Origin: a virus
DNA length: 64,000 nt
Direction: 5' to 3' (one strand)
IMG/VR virus record: IMGVR_UViG_3300014835_000095
Part shown: positions 1 to 9,220 of the stretch, piece after piece
Layout: the number at the start of each line of letters is the position of its first letter
Numbering within the stretch: position 1 is the stretch's first letter
The notes under the pieces: model-generated
The model's input: the letters and a program-made list of their open reading frames with translations, nothing else
Database searches by the model: none
What the model was told of the DNA's origin: nothing
Program-made: the position numbers and the translations under genes

Positions 1-693
1 ATGTTCTCCTGATAAATCTTTTTCTAGCTGATCATTATGAGCAAGAAATCCATCATGTTTTATACCATAATATGAATCCTTTTTATAGGCAGTATGACCT
101 TTATCGTTTATATGTGGCTGGAATGTTGCCCTTGCTATCTCTTTTCCTGTATGGTCGTGTAGATAAGATACAACAGTACCGTGTTCAACTTCATCTGGTA
201 AATAATGTTTATTAGAACCATTCTCTATATTTTTACATGAACCCTGTTCCCAGCTCTGGTTGTGTGATGTCTGTCCAGCAATCCCTTCTGGAGATCTTGT
301 AGTTCTAACAGATAATCCAGTAAATAACTTACTCTTCCTGGTATTATCGCTCTTATATTCATTCTTTAGCGATTCTGGAGCATTAGTCTTATCTAGCATC
401 TTGTCTATTCTAGGAACAGCGGTATTTCCTTTATCTCTAGTTAGGTTCTGTTTATAGTTATCGGACGATATTTCATGACCTAAATGTCGTTCTACTGCTC
501 TGTGGGTCTCTGATTTATCCTGTGTATCTAATAGCGGCTCATGTTTATCTTCTACACCCCTTCCAAAATAATGATCAGTTGCCTTTGTTGCTGATGGAGT
601 TCTTTTAGCCCATGCAGCAACCTGATCTTTTTCGTTTTGATTTAATGTCTCTTTTAGATAGACATCTCTAATATATTCTTTAAATGTTTTCAT
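1..693 (-). CDS. Putative virion-internal protein, 3'-truncated at window edge
   Basis: Not in ORF track; hand translation from ATG 693 gives MKTFKEYIRDVYLKETLNQ..., apparently open to position 1; overlaps upstream stop (TGATG); resembles 29492..30814. Confidence 0.75.
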   Translation of the reverse strand, partial: MKTFKEYIRDVYLKETLNQNEKDQVAAWAKRTPSATKATDHYFGRGVEDKHEPLLDTQDKSETHRAVERHLGHEISSDNYKQNLTRDKGNTAVPRIDKMLDKTNAPESLKNEYKSDNTRKSKLFTGLSVRTTRSPEGIAGQTSHNQSWEQGSCKNIENGSNKHYLPDEVEHGTVVSYLHDHTGKEIARATFQPHINDKGHTAYKKDSYYGIKHDGFLAHNDQLEKDLSGEH

Positions 694-1571
694 CATTGAT
701 ATGAATTCCTTTTAGCTTTTACATACAATTTATTGACTTCATCACTGTATCCATAATCAGTAATTACAGGGTGTTCTTTTCTAGTAACTGGATGTTTCCA
801 AACTCCATAATTTGCCAATCTTAAATCACCGGGATGATTACCTGTATTATATATAAAATCTTGGGTGTTTTCAAATAAAGGATGTTGTCTAATATGATCA
901 CGCTCTGCTTCAGTTGTTGCACTCCCAAATCTTTTCTCGCCATGTGCCTGATAATGATCGTGCTGTAAAGTATCAACAAATTTATTAAAATCTAAACCCT
1001 TTGGATGAGAAGCTATTTTAGTTAAATCTTTGAATTTTGCACCTGTTAATTTGTCGGCATGAGCCATTTCCAACCAATGATTTTGGTCGTGATTCTCAAA
1101 TACTGGAGCAGTAACACCATCAGGATTAGAGGTATAGCTCCCATCCTCATTTTGATGTAACATAGAATAGTTATGTGTAGTAAAATGGTCAGATTCTACA
1201 CGATTCTGATGCTCACCTAATAAATGAGTATCTTGAGTGTATTTATCTAAAGCACCAGGAAATGCTATTTTAACAGCAGTATGTTGTTTTGTGTCCTGAC
1301 CATCAACATTAATATCTTTTGGTGTGTGTGGAAAGAATACAGCCCGACTAGAACCCTTTTTCGGTTTACCATCAACTAAACCTGTATCAATATCATTTTT
1401 AGTAAGTTCTCTAAATTTCTTAGTGAAATTGTTTAATTTATTTTGTGTTGTTTTACCGGGCTTGTATTCTCTATCATTTTCTGGTGCATCTAATATACTT
1501 TGTAATTCTTTATGTATTTCTTCTGTAATAATATTACACATCAATTCTTTAAATGAAATCATTTTATTCAC
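693..1571 (-). CDS. Protein-kinase-like fold protein with capsid-targeting-like N-terminus
   Basis: KKGSSRAVF loop, AVKIA lysine, QNRVE, HPGDLRLANYG catalytic loop, DYG; M4-ISFKELM start motif. Confidence 0.6.
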   Translation of the reverse strand: MNKMISFKELMCNIITEEIHKELQSILDAPENDREYKPGKTTQNKLNNFTKKFRELTKNDIDTGLVDGKPKKGSSRAVFFPHTPKDINVDGQDTKQHTAVKIAFPGALDKYTQDTHLLGEHQNRVESDHFTTHNYSMLHQNEDGSYTSNPDGVTAPVFENHDQNHWLEMAHADKLTGAKFKDLTKIASHPKGLDFNKFVDTLQHDHYQAHGEKRFGSATTEAERDHIRQHPLFENTQDFIYNTGNHPGDLRLANYGVWKHPVTRKEHPVITDYGYSDEVNKLYVKAKRNSYQ

Positions 1572-2079
1572 CTATATGGGGGACAATTTCTCTATCCCAA
1601 TAATCTTTATATCCAATCCTACTTGAAATCGCTTTGGTGGGTTGGCCAGTTTTATCCGCAATATCAACAATCGCTTTCTGATATTGCTTAGTTCTTAATT
1701 TACTCCGATCTACATCAAATCCTTTATAATCATCACCAACAAATGCCCATTTTTGATGATAAATTTGTGGAATCTTTTTAGGTTTTGTATATTTACATCC
1801 CCCTTCTGGTGTTATCATTACAGAATCTTTTATTTGTGGCTCATGTGCAGTATCCCAATCCGGAGAATTTAAGAATGAACTATTGTTTGTTACTTTATTG
1901 TATTTTACTATAGTATAATTAAAATCAGGATAATTCTTATGCAATGCAATCAATGCTGAATTGTGAATATCCTTTGGAATAGCTACTTGATGGACATAAT
2001 TCTTATGTACGTATAAATCATGCCCCATTTTTTTACCAATAGCTCTATCTTCTAATAAAAATTCTTTAAATGATTTCAT
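1564..2079 (-). CDS. Putative internal head protein; resembles C-terminal part of phosphorothioation-associated methyltransferases
   Basis: MKSFKEFLLE start; SFLNSPDWDTAHEP...IYHQKWAFV (recalled similarity, unverified). Confidence 0.45.
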   Translation of the reverse strand: MKSFKEFLLEDRAIGKKMGHDLYVHKNYVHQVAIPKDIHNSALIALHKNYPDFNYTIVKYNKVTNNSSFLNSPDWDTAHEPQIKDSVMITPEGGCKYTKPKKIPQIYHQKWAFVGDDYKGFDVDRSKLRTKQYQKAIVDIADKTGQPTKAISSRIGYKDYWDREIVPHIGE

Positions 2080-2693
2080 TTTAATCTTGTTCCAATAACA
2101 GTATTTTTAGCTAATCCACTAATTTTCTTAAATTCAAAATCATTACCACCATGTTTTTGCATATGTTGCAACAAAGAATTACCATCAAAACCTCGTTGAT
2201 ATACATCAGCATTTTTCTTATGTACAATTATAGCATTTTCTTCTTCAGTTGCTGGAGTAAAGTTTTTTACAGTTGCAACATCACCTTTCCATCCTCGTGT
2301 ACCTACAACCACATGCCCACCAACTTTAACTTTTGATAATATATCTCTAGTAACTTCATCACGTTTTTTTGGAGGTAAAACATTTAATACGTTATGAGAT
2401 ACAACAGCATGATATCCAGTTGGTAATTCATCTGAACTTTTATATGTAGGAGTCCAGTTTTTAGCAAATGGTTCATAAGAATGAACAACATGATCATCAC
2501 CAAAAACTTTCTGCATAGCTTCAGAGCCTTTACCCATACCAGCACCATAATCTAATATTTTAGAATTAGAATCTAATTTTGGTAATAGTTTTTCCGCCGT
2601 CTTTCTATAAGTACCCGCTGTGGTAGCAACTTGAGTAGTTTCTGATCCAGGCTCATGCTGAATTGATTCTATTAATTCTTTGAATGATTTCAT
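2076..2693 (-). CDS. Class I SAM-dependent methyltransferase with capsid-targeting-like N-terminus
   Basis: ILDYGAGMGKG motif I; VVSHNVLNV; MKSFKELIE start. Confidence 0.75.
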   Translation of the reverse strand: MKSFKELIESIQHEPGSETTQVATTAGTYRKTAEKLLPKLDSNSKILDYGAGMGKGSEAMQKVFGDDHVVHSYEPFAKNWTPTYKSSDELPTGYHAVVSHNVLNVLPPKKRDEVTRDILSKVKVGGHVVVGTRGWKGDVATVKNFTPATEEENAIIVHKKNADVYQRGFDGNSLLQHMQKHGGNDFEFKKISGLAKNTVIGTRLK

Positions 2694-2723
2694 TGATATT
2701 CCTTATATGTTATAATAACTTGT

Positions 2724-2731
2724 TATTTATT
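2724..2731 (-). promoter_or_regulatory. T4-like late promoter core (AATAAATA)
   Basis: About 30 nt upstream of the 2693 operon; T4 consensus is TATAAATA. Confidence 0.55.
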
Positions 2732-2836
2732 TAGTACCTCTTGAATTCTAATAAGGCGACATACATTTATTTAATTGACACATTAATAGTTTAAATGATT
2801 TCATATTATATCTCGTAAATATGATTATTTATATAT

Positions 2837-2872
2837 AAAAATGGTTAAGCCTAGACTGACTTAACCATTTTT
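2837..2872. terminator. Bidirectional intrinsic terminator
   Basis: AAAAATGGTTAAG-loop-CTTAACCATTTTT downstream of td. Confidence 0.7.
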
Positions 2873-2916
2873 ATTATTTTAGAATCGTATGGATTCTCAT
2901 TCACCCAAAAATAATA

Positions 2917-3882
2917 TTACACTGCTATAGGTGCATAAATTCTAGGGTGTGATTGATAATTCACCAATTCAAATGATTCCATAGTAAAATCGTCTATGGA
3001 ATCATACTTTTTTGGAATCATTAAAGTTGGTAATGGATATAGTTCTAAATCACGTGCTAATAACTCATGAGCCTGTTCAATGTGGTTTTTATATAAATGT
3101 ACATTGCCCAAAGATATATGCAGTTTATCTGGCGCCATTCCAACCACATTAGCAATCATATGTGTCAGTAGTGCATATCCAGCAGTATTTGCCGGATTCC
3201 CAAGGTAAAAATCGTTACTTCTGATTGTAACCATACAACTCAACCCATACCTAACCACACCTAAAGTATCCATTAGATTATAGTATTCTTCGGAATGACT
3301 TTCTGTGGCATGCATATCAATTGGGCATAAATGAACTCTTTCTTCAAGAGATAATTTTCTAACATTGAACTGCATAAAAGCATGACAAGGAGCCAGAGCC
3401 ATTTTATCCAATTTAACATTTTCTTGTGGAGAAATAGATTCATCTGGTAAATCAGTAACATTCCAAGCCGAAATAATATGTCTACGGCTAAATGGTCTTT
3501 CTTTTAATCCTTGAATAAGATTATTAAATTGATCCTCCCCACCTAAACGATTATATATGTTACCACCCCAGTTGCGCCACTGGTGTCCATAAATTTTAGA
3601 AAGGTTGCCATCTTCTGTACACCATTCTTGCCAAATAGTGTCTTTATCATTACCATTAAATTTCTTCAAATCATTGTTGTTAATAGAACCAGATAACATC
3701 CATAACAATTCTGCTGCTACCATTTTAAAAGATGTGAATTTGCCTGTAAGTAAAGGAAACCCTTCTTTTAAATCATACTCAAGGTGTTTCCCGAATAAAC
3801 TTAATGTTCCTGTACCAGTTCTATCATCACTATCATTACCAATATCTAGTAAGTCTTGTAATAAATCATAATATTGCTTCAA
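2917..3882 (-). CDS. td: Thymidylate synthase
   Basis: DDRTGTGTLSLFG, LAPCH catalytic Cys, RSNDFYLG, HLYKNH. Confidence 0.97.
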   Translation of the reverse strand: MKQYYDLLQDLLDIGNDSDDRTGTGTLSLFGKHLEYDLKEGFPLLTGKFTSFKMVAAELLWMLSGSINNNDLKKFNGNDKDTIWQEWCTEDGNLSKIYGHQWRNWGGNIYNRLGGEDQFNNLIQGLKERPFSRRHIISAWNVTDLPDESISPQENVKLDKMALAPCHAFMQFNVRKLSLEERVHLCPIDMHATESHSEEYYNLMDTLGVVRYGLSCMVTIRSNDFYLGNPANTAGYALLTHMIANVVGMAPDKLHISLGNVHLYKNHIEQAHELLARDLELYPLPTLMIPKKYDSIDDFTMESFELVNYQSHPRIYAPIAV

Positions 3883-3891
3883 TATAATTCC

Positions 3892-4281
3892 TTAAATGTG
3901 GTTTAACATGATATAAATTGATTCAATAACAATAATCAATACTGTCACTAATAAAGTTGATTTTAATAATTTATTCCATGATTTTTGCTCATCAATAATA
4001 TCATTCTTTTTATCTAAAATAATTCTTCTATCATCTAAGTTTTTATCAATATCTTTATGTAATCCTTTAATAGTAAATGCCGATTCCATTTCATAGTTTT
4101 TATGTGTATGAACTAATCCATTATAATTTCTCAATGCTTCCATTTCTCTATCCATTAGTGAAACATTAATATCCAGGATTGTGGAGTAATCATTATACTG
4201 AACCCACTCACCTTCAACCTTTTGTTCCAATAAACCAAAACCGCCAAAACTAGGTGAAAATCTTTCTACTTTATTATTCAT
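3892..4281 (-). CDS. Hypothetical protein with C-terminal hydrophobic helix
   Basis: ORF with RBS; C-terminal LLVTVLIIVIESIYIML. Confidence 0.6.
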   Translation of the reverse strand: MNNKVERFSPSFGGFGLLEQKVEGEWVQYNDYSTILDINVSLMDREMEALRNYNGLVHTHKNYEMESAFTIKGLHKDIDKNLDDRRIILDKKNDIIDEQKSWNKLLKSTLLVTVLIIVIESIYIMLNHI

Positions 4282-4326
4282 AATATTCCTATAAATTAAA
4301 AATGGTCACATTGATTGATGTATTAC

Positions 4327-4788
4327 TTATACATTTGAAATAATAAAACTGATAGCCAATATAACTGATGCAATAGAAACGACTGTTATAGTTGTTCTCA
4401 TTTTTTTAATGATATCATATAATCCATCAATATCCTTAATCAAATTATCAGATAATTTATTCGCTTTATCTAATTCTAGCAAAGCGTTTTTTAGATCGTC
4501 TGGTTTAGGTTTAACGATTACAGGCTTAATAGACTTTTTAATGGCTGTAGGCTCAATGGTAGGCTCAATAGCTGTAGGCTCAATGGTAGGCTCAATGGTA
4601 GGCTCAATGGTAGGCTCAATGGTAGGCTCAATAGCTGTAGGCTCAATGGTAGGCTCAATGGCAGGCTCAATAACAGGTTCAATGGCTATCGGTTCAACAA
4701 TAGACTCAATAACAGACTTAACAGTTTTAGTTCTAGGTGCTCTAGTTTTTTTTAGTTTATTTTCTGTAGACAATACTTTTACTTTCAT
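4327..4788 (-). CDS. Membrane-anchored protein with (T/A)IEP repeats
   Basis: IEPT/IEPTA tandem repeats; C-terminal TM segment. Confidence 0.7.
   Translation of the reverse strand: MKVKVLSTENKLKKTRAPRTKTVKSVIESIVEPIAIEPVIEPAIEPTIEPTAIEPTIEPTIEPTIEPTIEPTAIEPTIEPTAIKKSIKPVIVKPKPDDLKNALLELDKANKLSDNLIKDIDGLYDIIKKMRTTITVVSIASVILAISFIISNV
4547..4697. repeat. 12/15-bp coding minisatellite (GGCTCAATGGTA)
   Basis: About 11 imperfect units visible directly. Confidence 0.9.
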
Positions 4789-4882
4789 GTTATTCCTTAT
4801 TTTTGTTGGTTGAATTTAAGTATAAATACATATGAATGGATACATAAGAGAGCAAGGAGGCTCGGTGACAAGGATGTCTCAT

Positions 4883-5185
4883 TTATTCATATATGTTATC
4901 CCATACTTTATTTGCTGTCAATTTTAAATTCTTTGATAATTTAATATCATGCGAAGATAAATTGTATAATGATTGAACTTCTTCTATTGCAGCCAATAGC
5001 GTTCCAATTTGTGCAGTTAATGCTATTCTATTTACAACTCCATTATTATCTAGTTTATCAATCCCAGTTCTGCTAATCATTGCAGTTATTTTAACACAAT
5101 ACCCTAATTCTTCTTGCAATTGATGTAAAGCATCTAAGTGTGCCATTATATACCCCATTTCTATGTCAATTTTAAAAAATATCAC
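4883..5185 (-). CDS. Hypothetical protein
   Basis: ORF track; start codon uncertain. Confidence 0.45.
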   Translation of the reverse strand: MIFFKIDIEMGYIMAHLDALHQLQEELGYCVKITAMISRTGIDKLDNNGVVNRIALTAQIGTLLAAIEEVQSLYNLSSHDIKLSKNLKLTANKVWDNIYE

Positions 5186-5398
5186 ATTTATTACTTAATA
5201 ACATTCCCAGGAAAGTCATAGTTTAAATTAGCTCTCAAATGCTTTATTCAAAAATTATCCAGTGTGCTGGTGCCAAATCGTACTCATCTTCAGAATAGTC
5301 ATTAAAATCATCCATTACTTCTTGTTCATAAAATTCTTTAGAGTCGTCTATTTGAATGTCATAATACATGGTGGCCTCAAGTTGTTTATATAGTGGTT

Positions 5399-5426
5399 AT
5401 TATAAGCCATCCTTGGCAGTTGTCAA
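5399..5426 (-). promoter_or_regulatory. Sigma70-type early promoter
   Basis: TTGACA-16-TATAAT; spacer contains GCCAAGGATGG. Confidence 0.7.
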
Positions 5427-5482
5427 TGTATATAGATATCTAGTCAATATGCCTACACTCAAAGACTTTTAAATATTCAAGA

Positions 5483-5704
5483 TCAATTGTGAGTTTCATT
5501 ACACAACTCCTTCCCTAATGCTCGTTCTTTTCTTTTGAAATACAGTCTAGTTTTATTTCTGTTTTCTGTCGACCTAGTGTATGATTTATATTCACCACTT
5601 TTAGTTTTTAAGCGACCAGTACTAGATTTCAATCCATATTGTCGGATATCAGCTTTATCTGGACATTCAATATCTTTGTCTCTAGGTAATCCATAAGGTT
5701 TCAT
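5483..5704 (-). CDS. Small basic hypothetical protein
   Basis: ORF track. Confidence 0.6.
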   Translation of the reverse strand: MKPYGLPRDKDIECPDKADIRQYGLKSSTGRLKTKSGEYKSYTRSTENRNKTRLYFKRKERALGKELCNETHN

Positions 5705-5913
5705 ATTAATTAGTCTCTAATCTTTTTTTTTAATTTGATACAATAGAAAGTATGTAATGGTTAATTATCGTTCTTTTCTTTTGAAATACAGTATAGTTTC
5801 ATTTCTACTTTCCGACGACCTAGTGTGCCATTATATACACTCATTTCTATACCAATTTTAAAAAATATTACATTTATTATTCAAACAACATTATTGATTA
5901 ATAATAACATTAT

Positions 5914-6321
5914 TTAAACAGTTAAAATATATGGTTTATTCCATTTTCCAATTTTTACATAGTAGTAATATGCAATGTCAAAGTAGTCCGATTGACTATC
6001 AGAATTATCATAGAAACTAGCACCACAAAGTGCTTTATGCGCTTCAGATAGGAATTTTAAAATTTCACCCTCAAATTCACTTTGAAAATGATATGGATTT
6101 ATTTCCATATTGGTAGACACTGCAGAAAATAAATAATTTCCATTATATTTTGCCCCAGCAATACGATTATACTGTTCAAAGAAATCAAATTTGGAAGATT
6201 TGATATTAAGATATATTGAAGAACAATCAACAGATAATGAAGCTTTAACACTATATTTTTTTAATATAGGTTGAATTAAATCATTGATTATTTTCTTTTT
6301 AGTTTGATTCATATTGGCCAT
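5914..6321 (-). CDS. Conserved phage hypothetical protein
   Basis: FYDNSDSQSDYFDIAYY...IGKWNKPY motif typical of phage early ORFs; RBS present. Confidence 0.7.
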   Translation of the reverse strand: MANMNQTKKKIINDLIQPILKKYSVKASLSVDCSSIYLNIKSSKFDFFEQYNRIAGAKYNGNYLFSAVSTNMEINPYHFQSEFEGEILKFLSEAHKALCGASFYDNSDSQSDYFDIAYYYYVKIGKWNKPYILTV

Positions 6322-6366
6322 GGTATTCTCTCTCTTTGTGTGTTTAAAGTATGTGTATATTATACA

Positions 6367-7974
6367 TCAATAATTGATGGAGTCAATCCTTTTTTCAAAC
6401 AATTCTTGGTCTATGGAAGAAATCAATGAATTTTTATTGAACGGTTTATTGACAATAGAATTTGCCCCTATGTCGATGCAATGTTTTAAGGTTTCGTTAG
6501 AACAATCTGCGGTAATAACAATTATAGGAAGATCTAAAAATTTAGGATCTTCCCTTATACATTTTATTGTTTCAACTCCACCCATAATTAACATGTTCAA
6601 ATCAATTAATATTAAATCAAAATTACCAATTTCCAATAAAGAAAGTGCTACCACACCATCATATGCTTGTTCTGATATTACATTATATGTATCTAAAATT
6701 CCTGATATTAAATTACACATAAATAAATCATCATCTACAATGAGAACTTTTTTATTTGATAATTTAAAATAATCATTTTCTGTATCAACATTTAAATTAA
6801 AGGAGAATGTTGAACCATTACCCAATTCGCTGGACACATCTAATCCACTTCCCATAAGGGTTAATAAATTATTGCTGATATATAACCCTAATCCAGTGCC
6901 ACCATAGGTTCGAGTTATCGCATCATCAACTTGACTAAATGGTTTAAATAATTTATCAAGATTTTTTTCAGAAATACCGACACCGGTATCAACCACTTTA
7001 AATAATAAATCCATATTATTACCTACAACACATCCCCTAGTTATATAAAGATTGATTCCCCCATCATCTGTAAATTTTATGGCATTACTAATTAGATTAG
7101 TTAATATTTGCTGCAATCTGAATTTATCTCCAATTATTGATTTAGGAATTTTAGAATCTATATTTACATTAAATGATATATTTTTGCTTTTTACTGTTTC
7201 TACAAATAATATATTAATATTTTCAATTAAATCAGACATAGTAAATAATTCATGGGTAATTATTATCCTTCCTTCATCTAATTTTGTTACATCAAGTATA
7301 TCATTAAGAATACCCAATAATCCTGTCGACGCAATATTTATTTTATCAACATAATCGCGAACTTCCATAGGCATTTTTTTAAGTAATGCTAAATATGAAA
7401 ACCCTATAATTGCATTCATGGGTGTTCTGATTTCATGAGACATATTAGCTAAAAACATAGATTTAACATTAGCCAATTTTTCAGCAGTTTCTTTTGATTC
7501 TAATAATTTAGTTTCATAAACCTTCCTCTCTGTAATGTCATCCTTAACACAAAGATAATGATATGAACTCCCGTCGTCTTGAATTATTGGAGTGATAGTT
7601 ACCAATTCAACGATTTCTTTATTTGATTTATTCTTATTTACAATTTCACCAATCCAAGTATTACCCAAAGAAATCGTTTTCCACATTTTTTTATATATAG
7701 AAATATTAGTTTTACCAGAATTAAACATACTAGGATTAGAACCTATAATTTCTTTTCTGCTATATCCAGAACTTTTTATAAGTGCAGAATTAATATATAT
7801 TATTTCATTTTGTTTATCTGTAATTAACACCGAACAAGGTATTTGATCTAAAGCCAATTTTAGTATTTTTAGTTTATATAATAATTTTTTATGTATTAAT
7901 ATCATTCTAGATATTGAAGATAAAAATGCCAATACTGATAAGAATAATAATACATCTGAAACTGAATCTATCAT
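6367..7974 (-). CDS. Hybrid sensor histidine kinase (TM-PAS-HisKA-HATPase-REC)
   Basis: FLANMSHEIRTPMNAIIG H-box, NLISNAIKFT N-box, DTGVGI, GGTGLGL, REC with LIVDDD/LIDLNM/KP. Confidence 0.95.
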   Translation of the reverse strand: MIDSVSDVLLFLSVLAFLSSISRMILIHKKLLYKLKILKLALDQIPCSVLITDKQNEIIYINSALIKSSGYSRKEIIGSNPSMFNSGKTNISIYKKMWKTISLGNTWIGEIVNKNKSNKEIVELVTITPIIQDDGSSYHYLCVKDDITERKVYETKLLESKETAEKLANVKSMFLANMSHEIRTPMNAIIGFSYLALLKKMPMEVRDYVDKINIASTGLLGILNDILDVTKLDEGRIIITHELFTMSDLIENINILFVETVKSKNISFNVNIDSKIPKSIIGDKFRLQQILTNLISNAIKFTDDGGINLYITRGCVVGNNMDLLFKVVDTGVGISEKNLDKLFKPFSQVDDAITRTYGGTGLGLYISNNLLTLMGSGLDVSSELGNGSTFSFNLNVDTENDYFKLSNKKVLIVDDDLFMCNLISGILDTYNVISEQAYDGVVALSLLEIGNFDLILIDLNMLIMGGVETIKCIREDPKFLDLPIIVITADCSNETLKHCIDIGANSIVNKPFNKNSLISSIDQELFEKRIDSINY

Positions 7975-7975
7975 A

Positions 7976-8455
7976 TTAATAGTCTATAGGCTTCCTTCTA
8001 ATAATTGTAAATTGTGGATCATGTAATATTTCTCCAACTCTCCAATAATTATTAATCCTATGCTCTGGGAGGAATATATCACCATCAACCTCAAAATTCA
8101 TATATGAGATAATTGATTCCGTGATATATGGTATTAACTCCTTATAAATTTGTGCTCCACCTGCAATGTAATACCGATTATCTGGATTTAGGTCAATCTC
8201 AGTTAATAATAATTCTGTTGTTATAGTCCTAAAGCCATCTAACGTATAATCTTGATTTCTTGATAAAACGATGCAATCCCGTCCAGACAAAACCCCAACC
8301 TGTTCTGCAGTAGTGCGACCCATTATGATAGTTCCACCAATTGTTTCCCGCTTAAAATGTTGTAATTCTTCTTTACAATACCAAGGCATTTTATCCAATT
8401 TAGAATTACCGATGACACCGTTTTGTGACACTGCTGCAATCATAATTAAACTCAT
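7976..8455 (-). CDS. frd: Dihydrofolate reductase
   Basis: MIAAVSQNGVIG, MPW, IIMGRTT, IAGGAQIY, VDGDIFLP. Confidence 0.95.
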   Translation of the reverse strand: MSLIMIAAVSQNGVIGNSKLDKMPWYCKEELQHFKRETIGGTIIMGRTTAEQVGVLSGRDCIVLSRNQDYTLDGFRTITTELLLTEIDLNPDNRYYIAGGAQIYKELIPYITESIISYMNFEVDGDIFLPEHRINNYWRVGEILHDPQFTIIRRKPIDY

Positions 8456-8649
8456 AACTCATCCTCTAGTATAGTTTGTGAAATCCTTAAATTAACAACT
8501 TCAACAAAAGATTTTAAATGGTATATCCTATTTGGCCTTTCAGTCGGACTCGCCTGTTCTATTGTTTTTAATAACAATTCATATGTACGTCTTTCAGCTA
8601 ATGTCATTGATATATTCCTATAGAAAATGTTTTTGATAATATACATCAC
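8452..8649 (-). CDS. Hypothetical protein (start probably about 8610)
   Basis: ORF track; overlaps neighbours. Confidence 0.45.
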   Translation of the reverse strand: MMYIIKNIFYRNISMTLAERRTYELLLKTIEQASPTERPNRIYHLKSFVEVVNLRISQTILEDEL

Positions 8650-9154
8650 AAAAAAGAACTTCTAACTGCGAATTGATGCCAGATAATCCTGCATCAAAAA
8701 CACGTTTAGCCCAATCAAAATATTCTATTTTCCTTTCAACAGACCAATCAGGAGGATTATGTAAAATATCCTGCATATTGGCAATTTTATCAGCCAATTT
8801 TAATACTCTAGCATTATCTGATAATAAAGGGGCATGTAAAATTTGCAACTGCTTTCTTTCTTTTTTAGGTAAAGATTTATCATCAGATGCTTCTAAAACT
8901 AGATTAGCAATTTCGCAACCAAATGTGCTTTCTAATTGTGTAACTGTTATATCAGTATCTTCTATTATGTCATGTAGTAATGCAGAACATAAAATAATTT
9001 CATTCTGAATGTTACCAATTTCCGATAATAATTGACAAACTTTTATTGGATGATTTATATAAGGTATTTTAGAACCTTTCCTACGTTGATTTTGGTGTGA
9101 TATAGCAGCATAATTTAATGCTTTTATTAAAATAATCATATATTTAATCTCCAT
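8618..9154 (-). CDS. Stand-alone HD-domain (p)ppGpp hydrolase-like protein (Mesh1/SAH type)
   Basis: PYINHP, ALLHDIIEDT, SDDKSL, KLADKIAN. Confidence 0.85.
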   Translation of the reverse strand: MEIKYMIILIKALNYAAISHQNQRRKGSKIPYINHPIKVCQLLSEIGNIQNEIILCSALLHDIIEDTDITVTQLESTFGCEIANLVLEASDDKSLPKKERKQLQILHAPLLSDNARVLKLADKIANMQDILHNPPDWSVERKIEYFDWAKRVFDAGLSGINSQLEVLFCDVYYQKHFL

Positions 9155-9220
9155 TATTAATTACAAAAAAACCCGTAGGATAATAACCAACCTAAAGGGT
9201 TTTCCTAAATTATAGTTTAT

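Noticed and set aside
260-457. Plus-strand ORF in track
   Set aside because: Antisense shadow of the real minus-strand ORF 1..693
6374-7846. Several plus-strand ORFs over the kinase
   Set aside because: Antisense shadows with no motifs; the same applies to most plus-strand ORFs in the track except 27701, 52954 and 54344/54389
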